NCBI GenBank assembly: GCA_020444505.1
Contig: JAHLKU010000002.1
Location: forward strand, 50,921 to 114,920
Length of the DNA stretch: 64,000 bases
Reading direction: 5' to 3'
Source of the DNA: Actinomycetota bacterium
Lineage (GTDB): Bacteria > Actinomycetota > Acidimicrobiia > Spongiisociales > UBA11373
Part shown: positions 15,570 to 24,271 of the stretch, in pieces
Position numbering within the stretch: the first letter of the stretch is position 1
How the letters are laid out: each line of letters opens with the position of its first letter
Notes under the pieces: generated by a model
Told to the model about the DNA's origin: nothing
Database searches by the model: none
What the model saw: the letters and a program-made list of their open reading frames with translations, nothing else
Program-made: the position numbers and the translations under genes

Positions 15570-16129
15570 GGTGCCTCCTCGGTGCCCACGGCGGCCCGCA
15601 AGCGGGCCAGGCCGCGGTGGACGTCGGCCTTCACGGTCCCGACGGGACGCTCGACCGCGGCGGCGATCTCCTCGTAGGAGAGGCCGACCACGTGGCGCAG
15701 CACCACTCCCCGGCGCTGCGCCCACGGCAGCCCGGCCACCAGCGCCCCGAGGCGCCCGGAGCCGTCCGCGTCGAGGGCGGCCTGCTCGGGCCCCACCCCG
15801 GTGTCGGGCGGCTCCACGCCCTCACCGAGGGCGGTCTCGGGTCGCCTGGCCCGGCTCCGGGCACGGTTGCGGCACAGGTTGAGGGCGATCGTCCACATCC
15901 ACCCCCGCAGCCGGAGCGCCCGGATGCGCTCGGGCGGGTAGCCCTGCAGCGCCCGGTACGCCCGGACGAACGCTTCCTGGGCCACGTCCTCGGCGTCGGC
16001 CCATCCGCCGGTGAGCCGCAGCGCACCGGAGAACAGGTCGTCCTGGAGCAGGCGGACCAGGTCGGGGAAGGCCCCGTCGAGGTCGGCCGCCAGGGCCGCG
16101 GTGAGGGTGTCGAGTGGTGGTGCGTCCAT
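15566..16129 (-). CDS. ECF (sigma-70 family, sigma-24) RNA polymerase sigma factor
   Basis: 187 aa, with region 2 (EDVAQEAFVRAYRAL) and region 4 (LSYEEIAAAVERPVGTVKADVHRG). Confidence 0.85.
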   Translation of the reverse strand: MDAPPLDTLTAALAADLDGAFPDLVRLLQDDLFSGALRLTGGWADAEDVAQEAFVRAYRALQGYPPERIRALRLRGWMWTIALNLCRNRARSRARRPETALGEGVEPPDTGVGPEQAALDADGSGRLGALVAGLPWAQRRGVVLRHVVGLSYEEIAAAVERPVGTVKADVHRGLARLRAAVGTEEAP

Positions 16130-16318
16130 GTGTGTCCCGTCTACCTACCAGAACCCCGGGCGGCGTGCACCGGTTGCACCCCTCCGGCGGCGCATCCGGC
16201 ATTCCCCCTCGCGGGGGAGGGGCAACCCCCTGGCGGCGTGATGACGGCGCCGGCCCCGCGCCGCATGCTGAGCCCATGCACGGGACCCCTACCCTTCCCC
16301 ACGAGACGAGGCACTGAC

Positions 16319-17614
16319 ATGGACGGATTCTTCACCCCCTTGGCCAGGGCGCGCACCTACCGGCGGCTCGCCTACCTGCTGCTGGGCCTGCCGCTCGGCA
16401 TCTTCTACTTCGTGTTCCTCACCGTCGCCGTGTCGGTGGGCGTCGGCCTGGTCATCGTGTGGGTGGGCGTGCTGATCCTGGTCGGCTCGGTGGCGGCGTG
16501 GCGGTCGATGGGCCACTTCGAGCGGGGCCTGGCCAACGCCATGCTCGGCGCGTCGATCGAAGCGCCCGACCCGGCGCTGCCGCCCGGGTCGCGGCCGCAG
16601 ACCATGTGGGGCCGCACCAAGGCGGTGCTGGCCGACTCGTACACCTACCGCTCGTTCTTCTGGCTGCTGCTGCGCTTCCCCTTCGGCATCGGCGGCTTCG
16701 TCGTCGGCGTCACCGGCCTGTCGCTGGCGGTCGGGCTGCTCATGGGGCCGCTGGTCCTGCTGATCCCCGACACGTTCGCCGTGGACGTCGCCGGCCTGCC
16801 GGAGGTGCTCGAGAGCCTGGAGTGGCTGGCAGTGCTGGCGCCCCTGGCCGGGGTGCTGGTGGCGGCGGTGACCGCCCACGTGGTGAACGCCTTCGCCGAG
16901 GTGCACGTGATGGTGGCCCGCTCCCTGCTGGGGCCGGGGGCGCGCCGCCAGGTGCAGCAGGAGCGGCGCCGGGCCCAGGCCGCCGAGGAGCGCACCCGCC
17001 TGGCCCACGAACTGCACGACTCGGTGGGCCACACCCTCACGATGATGGTGGTGCAGGCGGGGGCGGCCCGTCACGTGTACGAGCGGGACCCCGGTTTCGC
17101 GCTGCGGGCGCTGGAGAACATCGAGACCAGCGGCCGCCAGGCGCTCGGGGAACTCGACCGCATCCTCGGCATCCTGCACGAGGACGACGCCGCCGCCCGC
17201 GCCCCGCAGCCGGGCCTCGACGCCGTGGACGGCCTGGTCGGCGACCTGCGCGAGGCGGGCCTGCGGGTGGACCTGGCGGTGGAGGGATCGCTGGACGGCA
17301 TCCCGCTGGAGGTGTCCCGTTCGGGGTACCGGATCGTGCAGGAGGCGCTCACCAACGTGCTGAAGCACGCCGGCCCGGTCCCCACCCGGGTGTCGCTCCA
17401 CCGCAGCGCCGGGGCCGTCGAGATCGAGGTGCTCAACGACCCTCCGGGGCGCGATGCCCCCGACACCCCGTTCGGGGGCGAGGCCGGCGGCGGGCGCGGC
17501 CTGGTGGGCATCGAGGAGCGGGCCGTCATCCTGGGCGGTAGCGTCGAGGCCGGGCCCCGCCCGGACGGCGGCTTCCGGGTGTGGGCGAGGCTCCCGCTGG
17601 GGACGGAGACATGA
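16319..17614 (+). CDS. membrane sensor histidine kinase (HisKA_3, DesK/LiaS/NarX type)
   Basis: Start MDGFFTPL. Multiple TM segments, H-box ELHDSVGHTLT and HATPase motifs. The upstream 700 nt of the track ORF is an artefact. Confidence 0.85.
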   Translation: MDGFFTPLARARTYRRLAYLLLGLPLGIFYFVFLTVAVSVGVGLVIVWVGVLILVGSVAAWRSMGHFERGLANAMLGASIEAPDPALPPGSRPQTMWGRTKAVLADSYTYRSFFWLLLRFPFGIGGFVVGVTGLSLAVGLLMGPLVLLIPDTFAVDVAGLPEVLESLEWLAVLAPLAGVLVAAVTAHVVNAFAEVHVMVARSLLGPGARRQVQQERRRAQAAEERTRLAHELHDSVGHTLTMMVVQAGAARHVYERDPGFALRALENIETSGRQALGELDRILGILHEDDAAARAPQPGLDAVDGLVGDLREAGLRVDLAVEGSLDGIPLEVSRSGYRIVQEALTNVLKHAGPVPTRVSLHRSAGAVEIEVLNDPPGRDAPDTPFGGEAGGGRGLVGIEERAVILGGSVEAGPRPDGGFRVWARLPLGTET

Positions 17615-18267
17615 CCAGGATCCTGATCGCCGACGACGACTCGCTGGTCCGCATGGGCCTGCAGGTGGTGCTCGACGGCGAGGACGGCCTGGAGGTGGTC
17701 GGCGAGGCCGCAGACGGGCGCGCCGCACTGCAGCAGGTGCGCGACCTCGACCCCGACCTGGTGATCATGGACATCCGCATGCCCAACCTCGACGGCCTGG
17801 CAGCCACCCGGGAGCTCACCCGCACCGGCGACCGGCCCAGGGTGCTCATCCTGACCACCTTCGAACTCGACGAGTACGTCTACGAGGCGCTGCGGGCCGG
17901 CGCCAGCGGGTTCGTCCTCAAGCGGGTGCCGCCCGCAGAGTTGATCGAGGCGGTCCGGGTGGTGGCCGGCGGCGAGTCGATGGTGTACCCGGCGGCCACC
18001 CGGCGGCTGGTGGAGCGGTTCGCCGCCCCCTCCCCGAGCCCGGAGCAGGCGAGGGCCATCGGCATGCTCACCGACCGCGAGCGAGAGGTGCTGCGCCTGC
18101 TGGCGCAGGGGCAGAGCAACCGGGAGATGAGCGAGCAGTTGTTCGTCGGCATGGAGACCGTCAAGAGCCATGTCGGCTCGGTGCTCCTGAAACTCGGCGT
18201 GCGCGACCGCACCCAGGCCGTGATCGCCGCCTACGAGACCGGCTTCATCCGGCCCGGGGAGGCGTAG
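17611..18267 (+). CDS. NarL/LuxR-family response regulator
   Basis: ATGA overlap with the HK. Receiver domain (ILIADDD...IMDIRMP) plus a LuxR HTH (REREVLRLLAQGQSNREM). Confidence 0.9.
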   Translation: MTRILIADDDSLVRMGLQVVLDGEDGLEVVGEAADGRAALQQVRDLDPDLVIMDIRMPNLDGLAATRELTRTGDRPRVLILTTFELDEYVYEALRAGASGFVLKRVPPAELIEAVRVVAGGESMVYPAATRRLVERFAAPSPSPEQARAIGMLTDREREVLRLLAQGQSNREMSEQLFVGMETVKSHVGSVLLKLGVRDRTQAVIAAYETGFIRPGEA

Positions 18268-18273
18268 GGAGGT

Positions 18274-18295
18274 ACGGGGTCCCGAGGGACCTCTG
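18274..18295 (+). repeat. island repeat copy 1 (ACGGGGTCCCGAGGGACCTCTG), at the left edge of the lower-GC island
   Basis: 7 nt after the RR stop. Palindromic core GGTCCC-GA-GGGACC. Confidence 0.6.
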
Positions 18296-18435
18296 GAGAG
18301 ACCTTCCTGCGGATCTCCTGCGACTGGGTGAGCCCGGGTGGGGTGCTGCCGGTGATGCCGAGCGTGTGGTCGGCGGCGACTGTGATCCGGAGCCGCAGGA
18401 GCCGATTTCCTACTGCAGCACCCGTGTGGGCCGTG

Positions 18436-18600
18436 CTATTTGTCGATGATGAGCAGTGCAGCGGTTGCCAGGGCGCCGACCGCCAGGATCTTGTCCGCAC
18501 CACCGAAGGTAAAGACCTCGAACAACATCAGTGCCCAGAACACCAGGACCACGGCCAGGGCTTGTTGCCAGAACCTTGGTTTGCCCAGTTTGAACTTCAT
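18436..18600 (-). CDS. small hydrophobic protein (54 aa, about 2 TM); absent from the ORF track (<60 aa)
   Basis: ATG preceded by a GGGAG RBS. Product is MKFKLGKPRFWQQALAVVLVFWALMLFEVFTFGGADKILAVGALATAALLIIDK. It lies in the lower-GC segment. Confidence 0.45.
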   Translation of the reverse strand: MKFKLGKPRFWQQALAVVLVFWALMLFEVFTFGGADKILAVGALATAALLIIDK

Positions 18601-18618
18601 GGGATCTCCCGCCCGTGC

Positions 18619-18789
18619 CTAGTCGAATACGCCAAAGATGCTGAGTCCGCCGAGCAGGATCCCGATGATGATGAGCACCACTCCCAGCATCATCTTGCGC
18701 CGGTACAAATAGACGGCCCCGGCGATGAGGCACACCACGCCGATGGCAATGCTGACTGTCATGGCGACCGCTGCGAGGATCACAGGCAT
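18619..18789 (-). CDS. small hydrophobic protein (56 aa, 2 TM); absent from the ORF track
   Basis: ATG preceded by an AAGGAG RBS at 6-nt spacing. Product is MPVILAAVAMTVSIAIGVVCLIAGAVYLYRRKMMLGVVLIIIGILLGGLSIFGVFD. Confidence 0.5.
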   Translation of the reverse strand: MPVILAAVAMTVSIAIGVVCLIAGAVYLYRRKMMLGVVLIIIGILLGGLSIFGVFD

Positions 18790-19007
18790 TTCGCACTCCT
18801 TGCTCTACGAGTGACAGTAGCCGTCCGGTGGCCACAGCGTCGGGGCCGTGCCGCCTTTGCCCGCAGTCCGCCCGACAAGGGGGGATGGGAATCGCCGGCA
18901 GGATTCGGCCTTGGGATGTGGAGATGGTCGTCTCGTCGGATCGAAGGCCGGTGGACGGCCTCCGCCCTGTGGCCTACATTGCTCATGCGGATGCAAGGAG
19001 GGCTTTT

Positions 19008-19418
19008 ATGAGCGACCGCGAGTCCGACAACGGACACCTTGAGGAAACCGGCCCGGCCCCGGAGGCGCCGGCCCCAGATGTGACAGGGTCGGGTCAGCCG
19101 GGGCTGTCCCCCTCTCCCAGACCGGAGCCCGCCGAGGTGGAGGTCCGTCGGGTCTTCGTCGGCACCGGCGTCTTCTGGGGATTGGCGATCGCGGTACTCC
19201 TGACGGTTGCCGTGATCATCCTCGCCGCCCAGAACACCCAGCAGATCACACTCGAGTTTCTTTCCTTCGAGATCGACACCCCTCTGATCGTGGTGCTGCT
19301 CGTCGCGCTGCTGATCGGCGTCGTCCTGGACGAGATCTTCGGCTGGGTCTATCGGGCTCGGCGGCGCCGCACACTCACCGACAGGGAAGAATTGAAGCAG
19401 TTGCGAGCCGACCGCTAA
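19008..19418 (+). CDS. LapA-domain (DUF1049) membrane protein
   Basis: Start Met61 (MSDRESD) after a GGAGGG RBS. A TM is followed by QNTQQITLEFLSFEIDTPLIVVLLVALLIGVVLD, which is LapA-like. Confidence 0.6.
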   Translation: MSDRESDNGHLEETGPAPEAPAPDVTGSGQPGLSPSPRPEPAEVEVRRVFVGTGVFWGLAIAVLLTVAVIILAAQNTQQITLEFLSFEIDTPLIVVLLVALLIGVVLDEIFGWVYRARRRRTLTDREELKQLRADR

Positions 19419-19802
19419 CGGAACACCCAGCAGGGAACAACGATCCGCTCTGAGCCTTCCAATTGTGGCGGGACTCCGCAGGGCCTTCATCCCTATCGTC
19501 GTTAACCCTCACCTCCTGGCCGACGATGGCGAAGACAGCGGGCAATCCGGGGCGCACGTGGGAGGCTCGTCCCGCGCCGGTACCCCCGCCTCCCGTTCCA
19601 GAAGCCCAGGCGGCATCAAACGATCGCGAATCGGAATGGGACCGCAGACCCAGCCGACTCCTGACCGGAGTTCTGAAGAGACTCCTGAGGAACCTTCCCA
19701 GGGGCCTCGGGTTGTTTTGGTGAGTCCGTGTCCCGGAAGGTCTGGCCGCGGAACGGCACCAGTGAGTGGCGTCGCCGCTCCGGGCGGTGTGTGTTCGACG
19801 AC

Positions 19803-21140
19803 TCAATCGATCGATTGATTGCTCAGGTCAGACGTCGCTGACTCGAAACGATCGCGGTGAGCAGATCGAACTCGCTCGTGATCTAGCGCGGGTAGATCAG
19901 CCATCTCGCTGACCTCAAGGGCTAGATCGGCTTGACTCCGCAACGCAGCCGTCGCTTCGTCGCCATTCGCAGCCGAAGCGATCGACGTCGTGAGCAGGTG
20001 CAGGATCTCGAGGAGGTAGATCTGCACGGTAGGCATCCCTGCCGATGCCAAGCGGATCTCGTCGAACGCCAATCCCACGATCTCGGCATGCGTCCAGGCT
20101 CGTGGTATCAGAAGTTCACGGCCCTCCTCGCCAGAGAGATGACGAGTGGGAACGTTTCTGACGAGCAGTTCCCGAAGGACCGCTCCCAAGTGGAACATCG
20201 CGTCCTGGGCCGTTGTCGGGTCGTTGATGCCCGGCGAGAGTGCTTTCAGTGCCACGTCGGCAAGCTGACGCAAGCCGTAGGTGACATCGCCCTGAGCGGT
20301 CCGAGTCTGTCCGACTCCGATGGCATGACGGACTCGACGCTCGACCACGTCCGGATCAGATGGCGTCGGCACGATCCGGCACAACGGCGTCGCCACGATC
20401 GCGTACCGGCCGGCGACGGTATCGAGCCACATCGTCGCGCCGGGTTCGAGCGCCCTGAGAAGGGCACTGTGATCGACCTGTTGCACCCACCCGCTCCGTT
20501 CGAAGGTGACCACGAAGGCGTCGTCCGGCGCAGTCTCGCCGGTGGATTCCTCCCGTGCAGCATCAGTGTCGCTGCCCTCTCCCCACTGGGCCGACACCTC
20601 AGCGATCGCCGCCTCGGTGACGCCATGCAGGATCTTCGAGATGTCCATCGAGTGAGCGGCGTGGCTGATGAAGGCAACGATCGCGAGGATCGTGGTGATA
20701 CCGAGGAGCAACGCCACCGCAATCGAGAGACTGGGGATGACGGCCTCCCCACCGCCATCGAGAGGACTGCGCACAGCGCGCAGCACGACGAGGCAGTAGG
20801 TGAACGTCCCGATCACCACGCCCATGACGCGCTTGTTGAATGGGTCGCGGAAGAGTCCGTGGACGACACGGGGTGAGTACTGACTCGAGGACAGCGAGAT
20901 CAGCAAGAGGCTTACGGAGAACGCGATGCCGGCGAACGCGATCGTGGCGCCGGCGATCACCCCCAACACGGCTCGGGCGCTGTCCACCGTCGCCGTCAGG
21001 CCGGTCGGGATGTTCGTGACTTGCTGATCAGCCCACAGGAACAGTTGGCCTAGTCCCAAGCCGACCATCGTGAGGATCATCGGCGTGTAGAACAGACTGC
21101 TCTTCAACTTCTCCCGGATGGACCTCAGCCGAGTGATCAT
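19803..21140 (-). CDS. DUF2254-like integral membrane protein
   Basis: 445 aa with N-terminal TMs and a large C-terminal domain. A perfect palindrome CAATCGATCGATTG overlaps its stop codon. Confidence 0.75.
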   Translation of the reverse strand: MITRLRSIREKLKSSLFYTPMILTMVGLGLGQLFLWADQQVTNIPTGLTATVDSARAVLGVIAGATIAFAGIAFSVSLLLISLSSSQYSPRVVHGLFRDPFNKRVMGVVIGTFTYCLVVLRAVRSPLDGGGEAVIPSLSIAVALLLGITTILAIVAFISHAAHSMDISKILHGVTEAAIAEVSAQWGEGSDTDAAREESTGETAPDDAFVVTFERSGWVQQVDHSALLRALEPGATMWLDTVAGRYAIVATPLCRIVPTPSDPDVVERRVRHAIGVGQTRTAQGDVTYGLRQLADVALKALSPGINDPTTAQDAMFHLGAVLRELLVRNVPTRHLSGEEGRELLIPRAWTHAEIVGLAFDEIRLASAGMPTVQIYLLEILHLLTTSIASAANGDEATAALRSQADLALEVSEMADLPALDHERVRSAHRDRFESATSDLSNQSID

Positions 21141-21542
21141 GCGCCGGTCTGCTCTCTCTTGGTGTGGCGAGATCGCGCCGCTGTCTGACCCTACCTACCG
21201 GTCCTCGTATCCGCGGCCGTCCGGATACCCCGTTCACATGAACGGATTCTTTCATCGGCGCACCACACGGCAATCCGGACGAGCAGATCTGCCCCCACAA
21301 CCGTTGGCTGGGTGATGGCCGACTTCGGTGGCGCCGACCAGCTGGAGGGGACGCATAGGGGGTTCGAAAGAGAGCGACTGCGTTGGGTGGGAGCGGTGGC
21401 CCTGACCTGGCCTCTGACCTTCGGCAACGTTGCTGCACTCACAACGAGTGAGCCTGAAGGGACTCTGAGACCGCGTACGGCCACAAGGGCCGCGTTATCC
21501 AGAAGGCAACCTGAACGCGATGTCCGGAACGGCCAACTCTTG

Positions 21543-21565
21543 ACAGGGGCCCCGAAGCACCTCTG
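21543..21565 (+). repeat. island repeat copy 2 (ACAGGGGCCCCGAAGCACCTCTG, variant)
   Basis: Lies in the 547-bp non-coding stretch 21141..21687. Confidence 0.5.
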
Positions 21566-21687
21566 CGGAAGCTTCGCTGTCGATGGCGAGGGGTCTGTCG
21601 CCGGGGATGTTGCCGTGAATGTCGAGGGATCGGTCCGGGGCGACTCGTATGTCGGATCGGAGCGAACTGTGCTGCTCGTTCTCCCAG

Positions 21688-22632
21688 TCATCGGCTCCCT
21701 GATTGAAGCGGTGGGCTCGCACAACGGAATCCCAAGTTATTCAACTGAGTCTCGCGAGGATTCCTGAGGCGGAATGCACAACGCACGTTGCGGCGCGTGC
21801 CCATCCAGGAACCACCGCGCATCACCTTGAATCGCCGCCCGAAGTTCTCGTGTTCTGCCTGGCTGCCGGGGTACGCGTCATACCAGGAGTCACACCACTC
21901 CCACACATTGCCCGCCATGTCCAACAAGCCGTGAGGACTGGCGCCAGCGGGGAACTCGCCGACAGCCGTCGTACGGACTGATTGGAGCAGAGTGTCGTTC
22001 TCAGCCCACCATTCCTGCCACTGGCTCACCTTCAGCATTTCGCTCGTGGTGAGACGTTCGGCGCAATTGAGCCGTTCCTGATCCCACGCGTCACCCCATG
22101 GGTACCGGCGCCCATCCTCACCCCGGGCGCCCTTCTCCCACTGCTCCTCGCTGGGCAGCGCCTTGCCGACCCAACGGCTATAGGCGTGTGCGTCATCCCA
22201 GCTCACCAGCACCACCGGGTGATCCAGCAACGTCTCCGGAGGACGACGGCTCTGTTCGTCCCAGTTGTACGGTTCGGCCCCCGGTTCGTCCACTACCGGG
22301 ACTGGATGGTCCGGATTCGCAGCCAGGAACCGAACGTACTCATCGTGCGTCACCGGCACCACATCGAGGTAGAAGTCAGGCAACGTCTCTTGACGCTGGG
22401 GGGTTTCTGCCATCGCCCAAGGCAATGACCACTCGTACTCATCGACCATTTGCCTGGCGTCGGCCTCTGTCGTCCCCATGATGAATGCGCCGGCCGGGAT
22501 CAAGGCCATCTCTCTGCGGTCTTCTGCCCAGACGATGCGCGGTGGCAGCTCCGCGGCACCCTGCAACTGCTCCCATGATTCGATCAGTGGCAATCCCCGG
22601 TCACTCACCTGCCACTGCGCGCTCTCGCTCAT
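21688..22632 (-). CDS. formylglycine-generating enzyme (FGE-sulfatase/SUMF1) domain protein
   Basis: Start MSESAQWQ, which is Met307 of the 620-aa track ORF, after an AAGGCAGGA RBS. Motifs IPAGAFIMG, RGGSW and GFRC. The upstream 306 codons are non-coding-like. Confidence 0.8.
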   Translation of the reverse strand: MSESAQWQVSDRGLPLIESWEQLQGAAELPPRIVWAEDRREMALIPAGAFIMGTTEADARQMVDEYEWSLPWAMAETPQRQETLPDFYLDVVPVTHDEYVRFLAANPDHPVPVVDEPGAEPYNWDEQSRRPPETLLDHPVVLVSWDDAHAYSRWVGKALPSEEQWEKGARGEDGRRYPWGDAWDQERLNCAERLTTSEMLKVSQWQEWWAENDTLLQSVRTTAVGEFPAGASPHGLLDMAGNVWEWCDSWYDAYPGSQAEHENFGRRFKVMRGGSWMGTRRNVRCAFRLRNPRETQLNNLGFRCASPPLQSGSR

Positions 22633-22906
22633 TCCTGCCTTCTCTTTTCTCTGCCGGGCGGAGGCTGCAGCGAACTGATCGTGGTTGACCAACTGCCCGA
22701 TCCAGTTTCCGTGGGCGTCCTGTCGGAACTCCTCCGGATACGGTCGACGTATGCCAGGTTTCCTTCCGTTGGGTCGGCGTGACGAAATGTCCCCAGAGGA
22801 GATCCAATGGTAGGTGAGACGTCCTGGGATTCCCCGTGCCTGATCAGCGCCTACCCAACCGATCGGAGATTGGGTCGAGATGGAATGCAATGGCGGGAAG
22901 GTTTCT

Positions 22907-22927
22907 GTAGGGGTCCCGAGGGGCTGC
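22907..22927 (+). repeat. island repeat copy 3 (TGTAGGGGTCCCGAGGGGCTG)
   Basis: Lies in the divergent gap between the FGE and serine hydrolase genes. Confidence 0.55.
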
Positions 22928-22975
22928 CGACTCGTCTGCTCCAGTGGTCCCGGACTCGGACAGTAGGCTCGCCGG

Positions 22976-24139
22976 ATGCGATGGCTGCGCTGGATCCTGA
23001 TCACACTCGGGTCATTCCTCGCGCTCGGTGCGATCCTGATGGCGGCGTGGTCGATCGCAATCGGGCCTGCCGCAGTGTGGAGGGTCCTCACCCACGGTAC
23101 GACCACCGTCTGGGACCACCTCGAATATCCGGGCAGGGACCTCGAAGCTTCAGATTCCCCACGCCCGTGGACCGTCGACGAGGGTGCGGTGCCGGTGGTG
23201 TTGGTGGACGGCAGGGAGTTGCGGCTGCCCGAAGTCCTGGCCGAGCGCAATGCCCTCGCCTTTCTGGTCATTCGCGACGGCGTGATCGAGTACTCATGGG
23301 CAGCCCCGGGGCATTCGGTATCGACTCCATCGATGCTGTTCAGCATCACCAAGTCGGTGACATCTCTGATGATTGGGGCTGCGATCGAGGACGGTTTGAT
23401 CGGCTCCGTCGGCGACGCCGTCACCGTGTACCTCCCCGAATTGTCTACTCGTGGATTCGAGGATGTGACGATCGAGGATGCTCTGCAGATGGACACGGGT
23501 TCGATGTATGTCGAAGGCGACAACCCTTTCGGGATACACGTCGAGTTCAACTACACCGACCGTCTTGAGAGCCGGATCTTGGGCTTGGCGGCCGACGCCG
23601 AGCGTCGAGGTGAGTTCACGTACAAGTCCGGGGACAACGCGCTCCTGGGTCTGATCCTTCACCGGGCGGTGGAACCGGAGAGCATCTCGGAGTACTTGCA
23701 GCGGAGGCTGCTGAACCCGCTTGGGGTCGAAGACGGCGGCGTGTGGAGCACCGACCACGATGGGGGACTGGAGCGGACATGGTGCTGTCTGGCCTTGTCG
23801 GCTCGGGATCTGGCCCGGCTTGGCCAACTGATAGTCGACGGCGGCGTCAGTGGTGGTGCCCGCGTGATCTCACAGGGATGGCTCGATTCGTCCTTCGCCA
23901 CCCACTATGGACCCGAACGGTGGCCGTCAGAGTACGCCGAGACGTTGCTCGCCGACTACGGATACCAGTGGTGGTTGCTGAACGACGGTTCGGTGCTCGC
24001 GCTCGGCAAGGACGGCCAATACCTCTACGTCGACACTGCGCGTCGGCTTGTGCTTGTGCGCACAGGCACGTCGCAAGGCGGAATCGGGTGGCTCGACGTT
24101 CTCCGGCAGATCGCCGAGGCCTATCCAGTCATCGACTAG
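22976..24139 (+). CDS. beta-lactamase-related serine hydrolase (class C/PBP4-like esterase)
   Basis: 387 aa. An N-terminal TM is followed by the S-x-x-K motif FSITKSVTS and a C-terminal ...GWLDVL pattern. Confidence 0.85.
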   Translation: MRWLRWILITLGSFLALGAILMAAWSIAIGPAAVWRVLTHGTTTVWDHLEYPGRDLEASDSPRPWTVDEGAVPVVLVDGRELRLPEVLAERNALAFLVIRDGVIEYSWAAPGHSVSTPSMLFSITKSVTSLMIGAAIEDGLIGSVGDAVTVYLPELSTRGFEDVTIEDALQMDTGSMYVEGDNPFGIHVEFNYTDRLESRILGLAADAERRGEFTYKSGDNALLGLILHRAVEPESISEYLQRRLLNPLGVEDGGVWSTDHDGGLERTWCCLALSARDLARLGQLIVDGGVSGGARVISQGWLDSSFATHYGPERWPSEYAETLLADYGYQWWLLNDGSVLALGKDGQYLYVDTARRLVLVRTGTSQGGIGWLDVLRQIAEAYPVID

Positions 24140-24210
24140 GGATGCCCGCCCGGCGGGGGAGGAACGCTGTGGCCTTCGCAGGAGGGATCGAGGGAGAACG
24201 GGAGTCCTGT

Positions 24211-24242
24211 GAACTCCCGACAGGGGTCCCGAGGGGCCTCTG
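24211..24242 (+). repeat. island repeat copy 4 (GAACTCCCGACAGGGGTCCCGAGGGGCCTCTG)
   Basis: Lies between the convergent serine hydrolase and Fic genes. Confidence 0.6.
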
Positions 24243-24243
24243 A

Positions 24244-24271
24244 CCCCAGCCGACCTAGGTTGGGGCTGGGG
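24244..24271. terminator. hairpin CCCCAGCC-N12-GGCTGGGG spanning the Fic stop codon; candidate bidirectional terminator
   Basis: 8-bp perfect stem immediately 3' of repeat copy 4. Confidence 0.35.

Noticed and set aside
21336-21352. tRNA-like T-loop GGGGGTTCGAAAG
   Set aside because: The flanks do not form a T-stem, acceptor stem or anticodon arm, so this is not a tRNA.
21312-21767. 151-aa ORF, and also 21191..21724 and 21495..21722, in the FGE downstream gap
   Set aside because: Third-position GC bias is weak or mixed and there are no motifs. They overlap repeat copy 2, which is otherwise always intergenic.
22633-23550. 5' extension of the FGE ORF, which would make 620 aa
   Set aside because: The extension is low-complexity and antisense to the well-supported serine hydrolase gene. 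A good RBS precedes the internal ATG at 22632.
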